Both the position numbers and the translations under genes were made by a program. DNA of 64,000 bases from Bacteroidota bacterium (GTDB taxonomy: Bacteria; Bacteroidota; Bacteroidia; NORP154), in NCBI GenBank assembly GCA_022572355.1, contig JACZWC010000014.1:7604-71603 (forward strand), in the 5' to 3' direction. A model generated the notes under the pieces. The model made no database searches. It saw only the letters and a program-made list of their open reading frames with translations, and had not been told where the DNA came from. The number at the start of each line of letters is the position of its first letter. The stretch's first letter is position 1. Positions 38,221-50,122 of the stretch are shown here, in pieces.

Positions 38221-39603
38221 ATGGGAAAAATTAAAGAATATATAGAAGCGAACAAGGATCGTTTTCTCGATGAATTGGTGGAACTACTAAAGATTCCTTC
38301 TGTTAGCGCAGATCCGAAATATACGGAGGATGTAGCCCGGGCAGCAGATTATGTTCGTGATAGTTTGATAGCAGCTGGGGCAGATAATGTAGAATTATGC
38401 AAGACTGCAGGGCATCCGATAGTCTATGGAGAAAAACTTACCAACACATCCCTGCCAACAGTTCTGGTTTATGGGCATTATGACGTACAACCACCAGATC
38501 CATTGGAATTGTGGAATTCACCGCCATTTGAGCCAGTTATTACCACTGAAAATGGAGAATCAAAAATATATGCCAGAGGTGCCTGCGATGATAAAGGCCA
38601 AATGTACATGCATATTAAGGCCTTTGAAATAATGATGGATGCTGGTGATCTGCCTTGTAACATCAAATTCATGATAGAAGGCGAAGAAGAGGTAGGTTCT
38701 GAAAACCTGGGAATATTCGTTGCTGAGAATAAAGAAAAATTGAAATCGGATGTGGTACTCATCTCAGATACTTCTATGATTGCCAATGACGTTCCATCGA
38801 TCACCGTCGGGTTACGTGGTTTGAGCTATGTGGAGGTTGAAGTCACAGGCCCCAACAGGGATCTTCATTCAGGCGTGTATGGTGGCGCAGTGGGGAATCC
38901 GGTGAATATTTTATGTGAGATGATCGCTTCACTTACTGATGAAAATAATAAGATAACTATTCCAGGTTTCTATGATGATGTGGTGGAAATTTCGGAGGAG
39001 GAAAGAGCAAAAATGGCAGAGGCACCATTTGATTTGGACGAATTCAATAAAGACCTTGAACTGGGAGAAGCCATTGGAGAAAAGGGTTATTCAACGGCTG
39101 AGCATACTTCTATCCGGCCCTCGCTGGATGTTAACGGTATCTGGGGTGGTTACACAGGAGAAGGGGCTAAGACGGTTTTGCCGTCAAAGGCTTCTGCAAA
39201 AATATCAATGCGCTTGGTACCGAATCAAAGTGCTGAGAAGATTACCAAGTTGTTTGCGGATCATTTTAAATCGATTGCGCCCAAAGCGGTTAAAGTGAAA
39301 GTAACTCCTCATCATGGAGGTGAACCTGTGCTTACACCAACTGATTCTATTGCTTATAAAGCCGCAAGTATGGCCATGGAAGCAACTTTTGGCAAGGTGC
39401 CTATTCCGGTTCGGGGAGGTGGGAGTATTCCTATCGTTGCTCTTTTCGAAGATGTACTTAATATTAAAACCGTGCTAATGGGTTTTGGGCTGGACTCAGA
39501 TGATATTCATTCGCCTAACGAATCTTACGGCGTATTTAACTATTTTAAAGGTATTGAGACCATTCCCTTGTTCTTTAGGTACTTTGGTGAGTTGAGCAAA
39601 TAA
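38221..39603 (+). CDS. M20 family metallopeptidase (dipeptidase/ArgE-DapE-like)
   Basis: VLVYGHYDVQPPD, GACDDKGQ and EGEEEVGSEN metal-binding motifs, and a dimerisation domain. About 460 aa. Confidence 0.8.
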   Translation: MGKIKEYIEANKDRFLDELVELLKIPSVSADPKYTEDVARAADYVRDSLIAAGADNVELCKTAGHPIVYGEKLTNTSLPTVLVYGHYDVQPPDPLELWNSPPFEPVITTENGESKIYARGACDDKGQMYMHIKAFEIMMDAGDLPCNIKFMIEGEEEVGSENLGIFVAENKEKLKSDVVLISDTSMIANDVPSITVGLRGLSYVEVEVTGPNRDLHSGVYGGAVGNPVNILCEMIASLTDENNKITIPGFYDDVVEISEEERAKMAEAPFDLDEFNKDLELGEAIGEKGYSTAEHTSIRPSLDVNGIWGGYTGEGAKTVLPSKASAKISMRLVPNQSAEKITKLFADHFKSIAPKAVKVKVTPHHGGEPVLTPTDSIAYKAASMAMEATFGKVPIPVRGGGSIPIVALFEDVLNIKTVLMGFGLDSDDIHSPNESYGVFNYFKGIETIPLFFRYFGELSK

Positions 39604-39653
39604 ACATTCCCTATCTGTAAGTGCAGATCGTTTAAAATCAAAATTCGAAATCT

Positions 39654-41780
39654 ATGATGAAGCCAGGCATTTTGAAACTCGTTAACTCCTATCTTTTATT
39701 TGTAATGATAATTGCGGCGATTTTTGCCGGCTGTACAATGACCTCAGAGTCAGATATCAAGGACAGTGAAATGGTTAATCCTTTATTGAGGGGTGCCAAT
39801 GAAATTATTGGATTTGGTGACCTGACTGCTACCAATATTGAAGATGCAGCGAGAATTGCAATTGAATCGGCTGAGAAAGAATTGACAATACTCAAAAATA
39901 TAGAGAAACGTGATTTTGACAATACAGTCAGAGCATATGACAAAGTTTTCAATTCGATTAGTAAAATTATTCTCCCACTTGATCTGATAATAGAAGTAGA
40001 CCCGAGAGAAGATGTTAGAAATGCAGCAAAAGATGCGCAGGCGAGCTTAAAGGATTTCTTTTACCAGTTGGATGTGGATGTTGAGTTATACGATGCCATT
40101 AACGCTTATGCTCAATCAGATGAAGTGGAAGGGTTAGATCAAGTAAGGAAAAAGTTACTCAGTAAGATATTGTTGGGATATGAAAGAGCAGGATTTGGAT
40201 TGGATGAGGAGAAGAGATTAGAGATTAAAAGTATAAAATCGACAATTGATAGACTTAGCACCGAATACAGGGGCAATGTAGCAGCAGCTTCATCTAACTC
40301 CATCATAATTTCTGCAAGCGATACCGGAGGGCTGGACTCTGCTTATTTGGCGGCTAGGGTTACAGATGATGGAACATATGAAATAGACGTTACTTATCCT
40401 TCAATTGTTCCATTTCTGAAATACTCAACAAGTGATTCTCTGCGCAAAGAGTTACATAAGACTTACAGCCGAAGAGCAGCCCCGGAAAATGTTGTGATAC
40501 TCGACAGCATATTATATCTGCGAAATAAATTGGCCAATATCCTGGGGTATAGAAGCTATGCCGAATACGATTTCGTGGATAATATGGCCAAAACTCCGGA
40601 GGTGGTTTGGGAATTCGTAAACTCACTGAAGGAAAGTGTTCGAGAAAAAGCGGAATATGATACCAGGCTCCTACTAAAAATCAAATCGGATGAGATTGGA
40701 CATCCAGCCACAAATATTGAGATTTGGGAAACCAGTTACTATTCGCAAAAACTGAAGCAACAAAACTATCAATTGGATGAAAGAGAGGTGAAGCAGTATT
40801 TTGAATTGAACAGCGTATTGAATGGCCTGTTTGATATGACTCAGAAAGTGTTGGGCTTAAAATACACCGAAGTAGATTCTCCGAATGTGTGGCACCCTGA
40901 TGTGCGAATGTTTAACTGCTATGATGCTGAAAGTGATAAATTAATTGGCAGGTTCTACTTGGATCTATACCCGCGTGACAATAAGTACTCACATGCTGCC
41001 ATGTTTACGATAACTGGTGGTATGGCACTGGAAGATGGAGGATACGAAATGCCGGAAGCATCATTGGTGTGTAATTTCCCAAAACCTCAGGGTGATGAAC
41101 CAGCGTTGATGTTTCATAGTGATGTTGAGACATTCTTTCACGAGTTCGGCCACTTACTGCACTGTATGGTTTCAACCTCGGAGTTTGCTTATCTCGGTGG
41201 TCCGGAAAATGTAGTGCTGGATTTTGTTGAAGCGCCATCTCAGATATATGAGAACTGGGCATGGAACAAAGAAACGTTGTCTCTCTTTGCCAGGCACCAT
41301 GAAACAGGCGAAGTTATTCCGGACGAATTGTTGGATAAGATGCTGGCTGCGAAATATATGAATTCTGGTATGGGAGCCTTGCGACAGCTGTATTATGGAA
41401 CGTATGCTCTCACAGTTCATGATACTTATGTACCATATGGAGATCAAAATACGACTCAACTTGGTTATGATCTCAGAACGGAAATAACAGGACATAAGTA
41501 TGTAGATGGAGATCAATTTGAAGCCTCATTTGGACACCTGATAGGATATACCGCAGGCTACTACGGTTATATGTGGTCAAAAGTATATGCACAGGATATG
41601 TGGTCGGTTTTTGAGGAGAAGGGGCCACTGAATAAAGAGGTGGGTATGGAATATCGAAGAAAGGTGTTAGAGCCAACCGGAAGCGTTGACGCATTGGAAT
41701 TGGTAAAGGATTTTTTGGGCAGAGAACCCAACAACGAGGCATTGTTAAAAGACCTGGGGCTGGAAATATCGGTTAAATGA
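39654..41780 (+). CDS. M3 family zinc metallopeptidase (oligopeptidase A / peptidyl-dipeptidase Dcp-like), lipoprotein signal
   Basis: HEFGHLLH HExxH zinc motif with downstream Glu. Lipobox (AAIFAGCTM). About 708 aa. Confidence 0.85.
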   Translation: MMKPGILKLVNSYLLFVMIIAAIFAGCTMTSESDIKDSEMVNPLLRGANEIIGFGDLTATNIEDAARIAIESAEKELTILKNIEKRDFDNTVRAYDKVFNSISKIILPLDLIIEVDPREDVRNAAKDAQASLKDFFYQLDVDVELYDAINAYAQSDEVEGLDQVRKKLLSKILLGYERAGFGLDEEKRLEIKSIKSTIDRLSTEYRGNVAAASSNSIIISASDTGGLDSAYLAARVTDDGTYEIDVTYPSIVPFLKYSTSDSLRKELHKTYSRRAAPENVVILDSILYLRNKLANILGYRSYAEYDFVDNMAKTPEVVWEFVNSLKESVREKAEYDTRLLLKIKSDEIGHPATNIEIWETSYYSQKLKQQNYQLDEREVKQYFELNSVLNGLFDMTQKVLGLKYTEVDSPNVWHPDVRMFNCYDAESDKLIGRFYLDLYPRDNKYSHAAMFTITGGMALEDGGYEMPEASLVCNFPKPQGDEPALMFHSDVETFFHEFGHLLHCMVSTSEFAYLGGPENVVLDFVEAPSQIYENWAWNKETLSLFARHHETGEVIPDELLDKMLAAKYMNSGMGALRQLYYGTYALTVHDTYVPYGDQNTTQLGYDLRTEITGHKYVDGDQFEASFGHLIGYTAGYYGYMWSKVYAQDMWSVFEEKGPLNKEVGMEYRRKVLEPTGSVDALELVKDFLGREPNNEALLKDLGLEISVK

Positions 41781-43987
41781 TTTATTTTTCATGCCCTCAT
41801 TACCAATATTTTTATCATAAGAAACTGAAGCTAGGCTGGCTGATGAGAATCAATTCTACTTTGGTCATTTTGACTTTGGCATTTACAACTGTTGGTTTCA
41901 GTTTTTGTGGTAGTGAGGCCATAACAGAAAAAGGAAACAGCAAATCACAAAACATTGTCTTGGAAGATACTGTTAAACATAAATTCACAAACGCTCTCAT
42001 TAATGAGACGAGTCCGTATTTGTTGCAGCATGCTCATAATCCGGTGAACTGGCATGCATGGAATGCAGAGACCCTCGAAAAAGCCAAAAGAGAAAATAAG
42101 TTGTTGCTGATCAGTATTGGCTACTCAGCCTGCCATTGGTGCCATGTCATGGAGCACGAATCATTTGAAGATGAGGAGGTGGCCAGGATCATGAACGAGA
42201 ATTTTATTTCTATAAAGATCGATCGAGAGGAAAGGCCGGATATCGATCAAATTTATATGAATGCAGTTCATTTGATGAACCAAAGGGGAGGGTGGCCGCT
42301 TAACTGCTTCGCTCTTCCAGATGGGAAGCCATTTTTTGGGGGCACTTATTTTCCCAAAACTCAGTGGTTGCAATTGTTAGACAAAGTTGCGGCTGAGTAC
42401 AAGAACAACCCAGCAAATGTGAGGGATTATGCCAATAAGCTTACAGAAGGGATCAAACAGAGTGAATTAATCTCATTGAACCCTGAAAAACCGCTTTTCA
42501 CGAATGATGATCTGAATAAAATGGTCACCATTTGGAGTAAGCGTTTTGATAATAAAGAGGGTGGGGGCACTGGAGCACCTAAATTTCCTATCCCCAATAA
42601 TTATTTATTCCTGCTCAGGTATGCGCACATGACCAAGAATGCTGCGGTGCTGGAACACGTTAAATTGACATTAGGTAAAATGGCGTATGGCGGGATTTAT
42701 GATCAGTTAGGTGGTGGTTTTGCCAGGTATTCAACAGATGCGGTTTGGAAGGCTCCGCACTTCGAAAAAATGCTATACGATAATGCACAGATGGTGTCAT
42801 TGTATTCTGAGGCTTACCAATTAACCAAAGATCCACTGTACAAACAAATTGTTTATGAAACACTGGAATTTGTAAGTCGTGAGTTGACGGATGAGACAGG
42901 AGCATGCTACTCAGCCCTTGATGCGGATAGTGAAGGTGAAGAGGGCAAGTTCTACGTGTGGGAGAAGGAAGAATTGAAGTCTTTGCTGGGGGATGATTTC
43001 AAAGTATTCGCTGATTATTACAATGTGAACAATAATGGGCTCTGGGAGGGAAAGTACATTTTGCTGCGAAGGAAATCTAAGAAGAGCATTGCAAAAAGTA
43101 ACGCCATCTCCGTTGAAGAACTGGATAAAATACTCGGAAAAGCGAAGATTATTTTGATGAAAGAACGAGACACCAGAATAAGGCCGGGGCTGGACGATAA
43201 AAGCCTGACTTCCTGGAATGGCCTGATGATCAAGGGATATGTAGATGCCTATATGGCATTTGATGAACCGAAATTTCTGGAGAGTGCGTTAAAAACGGCC
43301 AACCTAATCTCAACTATGCTGATTCAAACTGATGGTGGTTTATACCACAGTTATAAAAAGGGTAGAACCACCATTAACGGATACCTGGAGGATTATTCTT
43401 TTATTATAGAATCATTTATTGCACTCTATGAAGCAACATTTGATGAAAAGTGGTTGACGATGTCAAAAGAGTTGATGGACTACACAATACAGCATTTTTA
43501 CGATGCAAAGAGCGGTATGTTCTTTTTCACGTCTGACTTAGATCCGGCTCTTATTGCAAGAAAGATGGAGGTTAATGATAATGTGATCCCTGCCTCAAAT
43601 TCCAGCATTGCAAAATCATTGTTTATGCTGGGTCATTTCTTTTATGAAGATTCCTATAATAAAATTGCCATTCAGATGTTGAATAATGTCAAAAAGCACA
43701 TGGACTCATATCCATCTGGATATTCTAACTGGGGCTTGTTAATGTTAAATGTTGCAAACGAATATTACGAGATTGCAATTGTTGGAAAAAATGCCAGCAA
43801 AATACGTCAGGAGTTGAACTTACACTACGTCCCCAATAAGTTATATTTGGGTTCATTTAAGGAAAGTGCGCTGCCACTTCTGGAGAATAAATTCGTCAAA
43901 GGAGAAACTATGATATATGTTTGTGTTAACAGAGCATGCAATTTACCTGTTACTGAGGCCGTTGAAGCGCTCAAGCAACTTCGATAA
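41777..43987 (+). CDS. Thioredoxin-domain protein of the DUF255/YyaL family (thioredoxin-like N-terminus + six-hairpin glycosidase-like C-terminus)
   Basis: …[72 protein letters not shown]… is the DUF255 thioredoxin-like signature. The true start is possibly the internal Met ([10 protein letters not shown], about 41840), which would supply a signal peptide and remove the overlap with the M3 gene. Confidence 0.8.
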   Translation: MIYFSCPHYQYFYHKKLKLGWLMRINSTLVILTLAFTTVGFSFCGSEAITEKGNSKSQNIVLEDTVKHKFTNALINETSPYLLQHAHNPVNWHAWNAETLEKAKRENKLLLISIGYSACHWCHVMEHESFEDEEVARIMNENFISIKIDREERPDIDQIYMNAVHLMNQRGGWPLNCFALPDGKPFFGGTYFPKTQWLQLLDKVAAEYKNNPANVRDYANKLTEGIKQSELISLNPEKPLFTNDDLNKMVTIWSKRFDNKEGGGTGAPKFPIPNNYLFLLRYAHMTKNAAVLEHVKLTLGKMAYGGIYDQLGGGFARYSTDAVWKAPHFEKMLYDNAQMVSLYSEAYQLTKDPLYKQIVYETLEFVSRELTDETGACYSALDADSEGEEGKFYVWEKEELKSLLGDDFKVFADYYNVNNNGLWEGKYILLRRKSKKSIAKSNAISVEELDKILGKAKIILMKERDTRIRPGLDDKSLTSWNGLMIKGYVDAYMAFDEPKFLESALKTANLISTMLIQTDGGLYHSYKKGRTTINGYLEDYSFIIESFIALYEATFDEKWLTMSKELMDYTIQHFYDAKSGMFFFTSDLDPALIARKMEVNDNVIPASNSSIAKSLFMLGHFFYEDSYNKIAIQMLNNVKKHMDSYPSGYSNWGLLMLNVANEYYEIAIVGKNASKIRQELNLHYVPNKLYLGSFKESALPLLENKFVKGETMIYVCVNRACNLPVTEAVEALKQLR

Positions 43988-43993
43988 GTAATA

Positions 43994-45016
43994 ATGGGCT
44001 CAGAACATAAAATAAAATTTGCAGTAGTTGGGTGTGGCCATATTGGAAAGCGACACGCCAATATGATCTCCAGAAATCCCGAGGCCGAGTTGGTAGGGAT
44101 AGTTGATGTACGTTCAAAGCAAGAACTCGAACTCGGAGAAATAGATGTTCCCGTCTTTACCTCAATGGAAGCGCTTTTTCAATCCGATATCGAAGTAGAT
44201 GTAATTAATGTATGTACAGCAAATGGGCTTCATGCCGAGCATGCCATGTATGCCCTTTCGAACAACAAACATGTGGTCGTTGAGAAGCCACTTGGTCTTC
44301 ACACCGACAATTGTAAAGCGGTCATTTCCAAATCAGAGGAAGTAGGACGCCATGTGTTTTGTGTTATGCAAAATCGGTTCTCGCCGCCATCGGTATGGAT
44401 CAAGAATGTTATTGATAATAAATTGCTAGGTGATATTTACATGGTACAATTGAATTGTTTTTGGAACAGGGATGATCGCTATTATAAAAAGGGTGGATGG
44501 AAAGGAACGATAGAAATGGATGGAGGAACCCTGTTTACACAATTCTCACACTTTATCGACATGATGTATTGGTTGTTTGGTGATATAACAGATATTAAAG
44601 GTAAGTTTCACAATTATCGTCACCAGGACTCTACCGAATTTGAAGATTCAGGAATCATCAACTTCAGTTTTATAAATGGCGGCCTGGGTAGTTTTAACTA
44701 TTCTACTGCTGTTTGGGATAAGAATATTGAAAGCACGATTACGATCATAGGGAGCAAGGGAAGTGTAAAACTAGGCGGACAATATATGGAGGAGGTGCAA
44801 CATTGTCATATCGACAATTACGAAATGCCTGAGCTGCCCAAGCTGAGTACTAAACATGACTATGGCGATTACAAAGGGGCGGCGGCAAATCACCACTTTA
44901 TAATTGAAAACGTAATTGACACCTTGAACGGGAAAACTGAAATGTCAATTAACGTTGAAGATGGGCTGAAAGTTGTTGATATTATTGAAAGAATGTATGA
45001 GCAAAGAACACAATAG
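43994..45016 (+). CDS. Gfo/Idh/MocA family NAD(P)-dependent oxidoreductase (WbpB-like sugar-nucleotide dehydrogenase candidate)
   Basis: N-terminal Rossmann KIKFAVVGCGHIGKRHANMI, and EKPL motif VVVEKPLGLH. Confidence 0.8.
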   Translation: MGSEHKIKFAVVGCGHIGKRHANMISRNPEAELVGIVDVRSKQELELGEIDVPVFTSMEALFQSDIEVDVINVCTANGLHAEHAMYALSNNKHVVVEKPLGLHTDNCKAVISKSEEVGRHVFCVMQNRFSPPSVWIKNVIDNKLLGDIYMVQLNCFWNRDDRYYKKGGWKGTIEMDGGTLFTQFSHFIDMMYWLFGDITDIKGKFHNYRHQDSTEFEDSGIINFSFINGGLGSFNYSTAVWDKNIESTITIIGSKGSVKLGGQYMEEVQHCHIDNYEMPELPKLSTKHDYGDYKGAAANHHFIIENVIDTLNGKTEMSINVEDGLKVVDIIERMYEQRTQ

Positions 45017-45022
45017 GAAATT

Positions 45023-46309
45023 ATGTTTAAAGAATTAGAAAATAAGGAGAACATGCTAGCCGTTATTGGATTGGGTTATGTTGGATTACCAATAGCGCTC
45101 GCATTTGCTAAGAAGATATCTGTGGTCGGTTTTGATATCAACAAGGAGCGTATTGACATGATGAGAGAAGGAGTTGACCCGAGCGATGAATTAGATAAGT
45201 CTGAATTTGAAAATAGTGACATAGAATTCACTACCTCTACTGAAGTATTGAGTCAGGCCAATTTTTATATTGTAGCCGTCCCAACCCCAATAGATCAGCA
45301 TAAGCAGCCGGATCTGAAACCTTTGTTAACTGCTACCAAGACGATCGGCGGAGTGTTAAAAAAAGGAGATTATGTCGTATATGAATCAACCGTCTATCCT
45401 GGATGTACAGAGGAAGATTGTATTCCAGTACTTGAAAGGGAATCTGGATTAAAATTCAAAGAGGACTTCAAGGTTGGATACTCACCAGAGCGCATTAACC
45501 CTGGTGACGCCAAGCATACACTAAAGAAAGTCGTCAAAATAGTATCAGGTTGTGATGAGGAATCGTTGGATGAAATTGCCAAGGTGTATGAGCTCGTGGT
45601 GGAAGCTGGCTTGCATAGAGCCCCGACCATGCAAGTTGCGGAGGCGGCCAAGTGTATTGAAAATACGCAGCGAGATGTGAACATTGCTCTGATAAATGAA
45701 TTGTCAATTATCTTCAGCAAAATGGGAATCAACACTTACGATGTGTTGGATGCAGCTGGTTCAAAATGGAACTTTATGAAATTCAGCCCAGGGTTGGTTG
45801 GTGGCCATTGTATTGGTGTCGATCCTTACTACCTGACGTATAAAGCTGAAGGGTATGGCTATCACGCAAAAGTTATCAATTCCGGCCGTTATGTGAATGA
45901 TTCCATGGGTTTCTATATCGCCAAACAAACGGTAAAATTAATTATCGCTTCAGGTAAACATATCTCGGAATCCAAAGTGTTGATAATGGGCGCTACCTTC
46001 AAAGAAAATGTTACGGACATAAGAAACTCTAAAGTAGCCGATATTGTGAAGGAATTGCGATCTTTTGCTGTAACTGTCGACGTCACTGACTCTTTTGCTT
46101 CTTCTAAAGAATTAGAGCGAGAATATGGTTTTGTGCTCACTGAACCAAAGAAAGACTACGATGCAGTTATCGTGGCGGTAAATCATGATGATTATGTAAA
46201 TCTTGATGAGGCCTATTTCAAATCAATAACTACAGATAAAGGTATACTTGTCGATATTAAAGGGATTTATAGGAACAAGATCCAAGATCTTGAATACTGG
46301 AGTTTGTAA
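45023..46309 (+). CDS. UDP-sugar / nucleotide-sugar 6-dehydrogenase (WbpA/TviB/Cap5O-like)
   Basis: N-terminal LAVIGLGYVGLPIALAFAKK Rossmann. Catalytic-Cys region GGHCIGVDPYYL. About 428 aa, typical UDP-GlcNAc/ManNAc dehydrogenase. Confidence 0.85.
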   Translation: MFKELENKENMLAVIGLGYVGLPIALAFAKKISVVGFDINKERIDMMREGVDPSDELDKSEFENSDIEFTTSTEVLSQANFYIVAVPTPIDQHKQPDLKPLLTATKTIGGVLKKGDYVVYESTVYPGCTEEDCIPVLERESGLKFKEDFKVGYSPERINPGDAKHTLKKVVKIVSGCDEESLDEIAKVYELVVEAGLHRAPTMQVAEAAKCIENTQRDVNIALINELSIIFSKMGINTYDVLDAAGSKWNFMKFSPGLVGGHCIGVDPYYLTYKAEGYGYHAKVINSGRYVNDSMGFYIAKQTVKLIIASGKHISESKVLIMGATFKENVTDIRNSKVADIVKELRSFAVTVDVTDSFASSKELEREYGFVLTEPKKDYDAVIVAVNHDDYVNLDEAYFKSITTDKGILVDIKGIYRNKIQDLEYWSL

Positions 46310-46332
46310 AGCTCCATTAATTATATTCCATT

Positions 46333-47358
46333 TTGAAAAATAAAGTACTGGTTACAGGAGGTCTCGGCTACATCGGCTCACACACAGTAGTAGAGCTACA
46401 GCAGAATGATTATGATGTTGTTATACTGGACAATCTGTCCAATTCAAAAATTGAGGTGCTGGACGCTATTGCAAAGATCACGGGAACCAAGCCGGATTTT
46501 GAGTTGATAGATTTATGTGATGAATCACTATTATCTGGATTTTTTGAATCCGGAGGGGCTAAAGCAATAGGCGCAGTGATTCATTTCGCCGCATTTAAAA
46601 ATGTAGGCGAATCAGTCCAAGATCCTCAAAAATATTATCGGAATAATCTGTTATCACTTCTCAATCTGTTAAACTGTATGCGTGCAAATGAAGTTAGGGA
46701 TTTAGTTTTCTCATCTTCATGCAGTGTTTATGGAAATCCGGATAAAGTCCCGGTAACAGAAACCACGCCACTTCAGGAAGCTGCATCACCCTATGGAAAT
46801 ACCAAGAAGATTAGCGAAGATATAATCCGTGATTTTGCCAGGTCAAAAGAAATTAGCGCAATTGCACTCCGTTATTTTAATCCTATTGGAGCACATCCAT
46901 CAGCGGAAATCGGAGAATTGCCATCAGAACATTCGGATAATATTATGCCCGCCCTCACAAAAAACGCCACTGGCCAACTCAAAGAACTAAATATTTACGG
47001 TGGTGATTACAATACATCAGATGGAACTTGCGTCAGGGATTATATTGAAATAACGGATCTGGCCAAGGCGCACCTGAAAGCACTTAAAAGGTTAGGGAAT
47101 AGTAACAATATGGGTACATATGAAGTATATAATTTAGGTACAGGCTTAGGCGTTTCCGTGTTGGAGATCGTTAACAGTTTTGAAAGGGTGAGTGGTGCCA
47201 AATTGAATTATAAGATCGTGGATCGTCGGGAAGGGGATGTAGAGATTGTTTATGCTGATCCGTCTCTGGCCAATAAAGAATTGGGATGGAGTGCTGAGAA
47301 CAATCTGGATACCATGATAGCAACAGCGCTTGCATGGCAGAAGAAAACGAATGAGTAG
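46333..47358 (+). CDS. galE: UDP-glucose 4-epimerase
   Basis: VLVTGGLGYIGSHTVVEL, YGNTKKISEDI (YxxxK) and SSSCSVYG motifs. About 341 aa. Confidence 0.8.
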   Translation: MKNKVLVTGGLGYIGSHTVVELQQNDYDVVILDNLSNSKIEVLDAIAKITGTKPDFELIDLCDESLLSGFFESGGAKAIGAVIHFAAFKNVGESVQDPQKYYRNNLLSLLNLLNCMRANEVRDLVFSSSCSVYGNPDKVPVTETTPLQEAASPYGNTKKISEDIIRDFARSKEISAIALRYFNPIGAHPSAEIGELPSEHSDNIMPALTKNATGQLKELNIYGGDYNTSDGTCVRDYIEITDLAKAHLKALKRLGNSNNMGTYEVYNLGTGLGVSVLEIVNSFERVSGAKLNYKIVDRREGDVEIVYADPSLANKELGWSAENNLDTMIATALAWQKKTNE

Positions 47359-48409
47359 CGAAAAACACATATTGATAACCGGAGGAGCCGGGTTCATAGG
47401 TTCACATGTGGTGAGGGAATTTTCAATAAAATACCCGAATTACAAGATTACCAACCTGGATAAGCTAACGTACGCGGGAAATCTTGAAAATCTGGTGGAT
47501 GTAGAAGCAGGAGATAATTACTCGTTTGTAAAAGGAGATATCGTTGACGAAGCATTTGTAGATGAATTGTTCACCAAGTCGGACTTTGACGCTGTTATTC
47601 ACCTGGCGGCAGAGTCGCATGTTGATCGCTCTATCACCAATCCAAATGAATTCGTGGAAACCAATATCGTTGGTACCCTTAATTTATTAAACGCTGCTAA
47701 GAACACCTGGGGTGAGAATACCGATGGCAAGCTGTTTTATCACATTTCAACAGATGAGGTTTATGGTTCATTGGGTGAAACAGGTTACTTTGTGGAAACA
47801 ACTCCGTATGATCCCAGGAGTCCTTATTCAGCCTCAAAAGCCGCGTCTGACCATCTGGTACGTGCATATTTCCACACTTATAATTTGCCAATTGTTATAT
47901 CGAACTGTTCTAACAATTATGGCTCGCATCAATTTCCGGAAAAATTGATACCTCTGGTCATCAACAATATTAAACACAACAAAGAAATTCCTGTATATGG
48001 CAAGGGGGAAAATGTCAGGGACTGGTTATTTGTTCAGGATCATGCAACGGCCATTGATATCATATTCCACGAGGGGAAATTGGGTGAAACCTACAATATA
48101 GGCGGAAGCAATGAATGGAAAAATATTGATTTGATTCATCTGCTTTGCAAAATCATGGATTCAAAATTGAAGAGAGCCGAAGGTGAGTCTGAAAAGCTCA
48201 TCTCATTTGTAAAAGACCGTGCCGGCCACGATATGAGATATGCAATTGACTCCTCCAAATTGCAAAATGAGTTGGGCTGGAAACCTTCACTTCAATTCGA
48301 AGAGGGCCTGACGAAGACAATTGATTGGTATTTGGCCAATGAGGCCTGGATGGACAACGTTACATCTGGGGATTACCAGAAATATTATGAAAATCAATAC
48401 GATAAATAG
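47330..48409 (+). CDS. rfbB: dTDP-glucose 4,6-dehydratase
   Basis: ILITGGAGFIGSHVVR, and HISTDEVYG…YSASKAASDHLVRAY (TDE and YxxxK motifs). Confidence 0.85.
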   Translation: MHGRRKRMSSEKHILITGGAGFIGSHVVREFSIKYPNYKITNLDKLTYAGNLENLVDVEAGDNYSFVKGDIVDEAFVDELFTKSDFDAVIHLAAESHVDRSITNPNEFVETNIVGTLNLLNAAKNTWGENTDGKLFYHISTDEVYGSLGETGYFVETTPYDPRSPYSASKAASDHLVRAYFHTYNLPIVISNCSNNYGSHQFPEKLIPLVINNIKHNKEIPVYGKGENVRDWLFVQDHATAIDIIFHEGKLGETYNIGGSNEWKNIDLIHLLCKIMDSKLKRAEGESEKLISFVKDRAGHDMRYAIDSSKLQNELGWKPSLQFEEGLTKTIDWYLANEAWMDNVTSGDYQKYYENQYDK

Positions 48410-48435
48410 TGGTTTGATCTGCTTCTAAATCGAAC

Positions 48436-49182
48436 ATGAGTTTACTTTCCAATATATTTAAGAAGAAGCCGAAATTGCCACCGGCGGATATGTCAGTGCT
48501 GAATACAGACATGCACTCTCATCTCATTCCGGGAATCGATGACGGAGCTCAAACGATGGAAGACTCCATCCAGTTGATTAAAGAGCTGCAGCAATTAGGT
48601 TATAGAAAATTGATTACCACACCTCATATAATGAGTGATCAATATCCCAACAATGGAGAAATAATTCTTCGAGGATTGGAGAAGGTGAAAGAAGAACTTG
48701 CACGGCAGAAAATCGATATTAAGCTCGAAGCTGCCGCTGAGTACTATTATGATTATGAGTTTAAAGAATTGGTAGAGAAGAAGGACTTGCTAACTTTTGG
48801 CGACAAATATGTACTGTTTGAGCTGTCATATCTCAATCCGCCAGAGCAATTGGAAAATTTGATATTCAAACTGAGAACATCCGGATATACACCGGTTCTG
48901 GCGCACGTTGAGAGGTATCCGTTTTGGTACAACAACTATGAGCAATATGACAAATTGGTAGATGCGGGTGTGAAATTGCAATTGAACATCAGTTCGCTGC
49001 ATGGACAGTATGGACCTCCTGCAAAAGCTGTTGCTCAAAAACTCATCGATAAAAATTATATTGATCTTCTAGGAACTGATTGCCATAACATGAACTATAT
49101 TGAGATTCTCAAAGATACGTTGACGAATCCATATCTTCACAAAGTGATGGAATCAGGGAAGTTGATTAATAGCGCTTTGTAG
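48436..49182 (+). CDS. PHP-family manganese-dependent protein-tyrosine phosphatase (CpsB/CapC/YwqE-like), capsule/EPS regulation
   Basis: N-terminal DMHSHLIPGIDDGAQTMEDS and internal TPHI…, LAHVERY histidine motifs typical of CpsB. Confidence 0.7.
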   Translation: MSLLSNIFKKKPKLPPADMSVLNTDMHSHLIPGIDDGAQTMEDSIQLIKELQQLGYRKLITTPHIMSDQYPNNGEIILRGLEKVKEELARQKIDIKLEAAAEYYYDYEFKELVEKKDLLTFGDKYVLFELSYLNPPEQLENLIFKLRTSGYTPVLAHVERYPFWYNNYEQYDKLVDAGVKLQLNISSLHGQYGPPAKAVAQKLIDKNYIDLLGTDCHNMNYIEILKDTLTNPYLHKVMESGKLINSAL

Positions 49183-49198
49183 ACAGCGAAGTTTGTAA

Positions 49199-50089
49199 TC
49201 AGTTTTTCTTCAACTCAAGGGCAGTACTCGCTATATTGCGATCCACCTTTTTTACCAAACCCCTAAGCACATTTCCAGGACCCACCTCTGTGAATGAAGT
49301 TGCCCCATCATTTATCATGTTGCTTATAGTCTGAGCCCATTTTACGGGAGAGGTGAGCTGGCTTATAAGATTTTGTTTTATGACTTCTGGGTCAGAAGTG
49401 CCCAAAGCATTTACATTTTGGTACACAGGACAAGTGGGTTCATTAAAATTGGTGGAGCTAATAGCCTCTTCCAATTCAATCCGCGCCGGTTCCATGAGTG
49501 GAGAATGAAATGCGCCGCCCACTTTGAGTACCAGGGCCATTTTGGCTCCTGCTTCAGTGAGCTTTTCACAGGCAGTTTCCACTCCTCGAACCGAACCTGA
49601 AACCACTATCTGTCCGGGACAGTTGTAATTGGCAGGTACAATTATTTCATCAATGCTGGCACACACCTCCTCAACAACTTCATCTTCTAAACCTATAATT
49701 GCAGCCATTGTGGAGGGTTCCAGTTCACAAGCTTTTTGCATGGCATCAGCCCTTTTGGCTACGAGTGTGAGTGCATCCTCGAAATTCAATGTTTTATTGG
49801 CAACTAGTGACGAAAACTCTCCAAGTGAATGGCCTGCCACCATGTCTGGCTTGATATCATTTTCTGAAACCAATGCCAAAATAGCCGAATGCAGGAAGAT
49901 GGCCGGTTGCGTTACATTGGTGTGCATGAGGTCTTTTTCAGCCCCATCAAACATAATATCCGTAATGCGGAAGCCTAAAATATCGTTTGCTTGTTCAAAG
50001 AGCTCCTTTCCCTTCGCTGAATCATCGTAGAGTTCTTTTCCCATTCCCACAAATTGTGATCCTTGGCCTGGGAATAGATATGCTTTCAT
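49199..50089 (-). CDS. fabD: Malonyl CoA-ACP transacylase
   Basis: MKAYLFPGQGSQFVGMG and active-site GHSLGEFSSLV. Confidence 0.9.
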   Translation of the reverse strand: MKAYLFPGQGSQFVGMGKELYDDSAKGKELFEQANDILGFRITDIMFDGAEKDLMHTNVTQPAIFLHSAILALVSENDIKPDMVAGHSLGEFSSLVANKTLNFEDALTLVAKRADAMQKACELEPSTMAAIIGLEDEVVEEVCASIDEIIVPANYNCPGQIVVSGSVRGVETACEKLTEAGAKMALVLKVGGAFHSPLMEPARIELEEAISSTNFNEPTCPVYQNVNALGTSDPEVIKQNLISQLTSPVKWAQTISNMINDGATSFTEVGPGNVLRGLVKKVDRNIASTALELKKN

Positions 50090-50122
50090 ATTCGAATAAA
50101 AATAAAAAGAGGATCAGATAGG

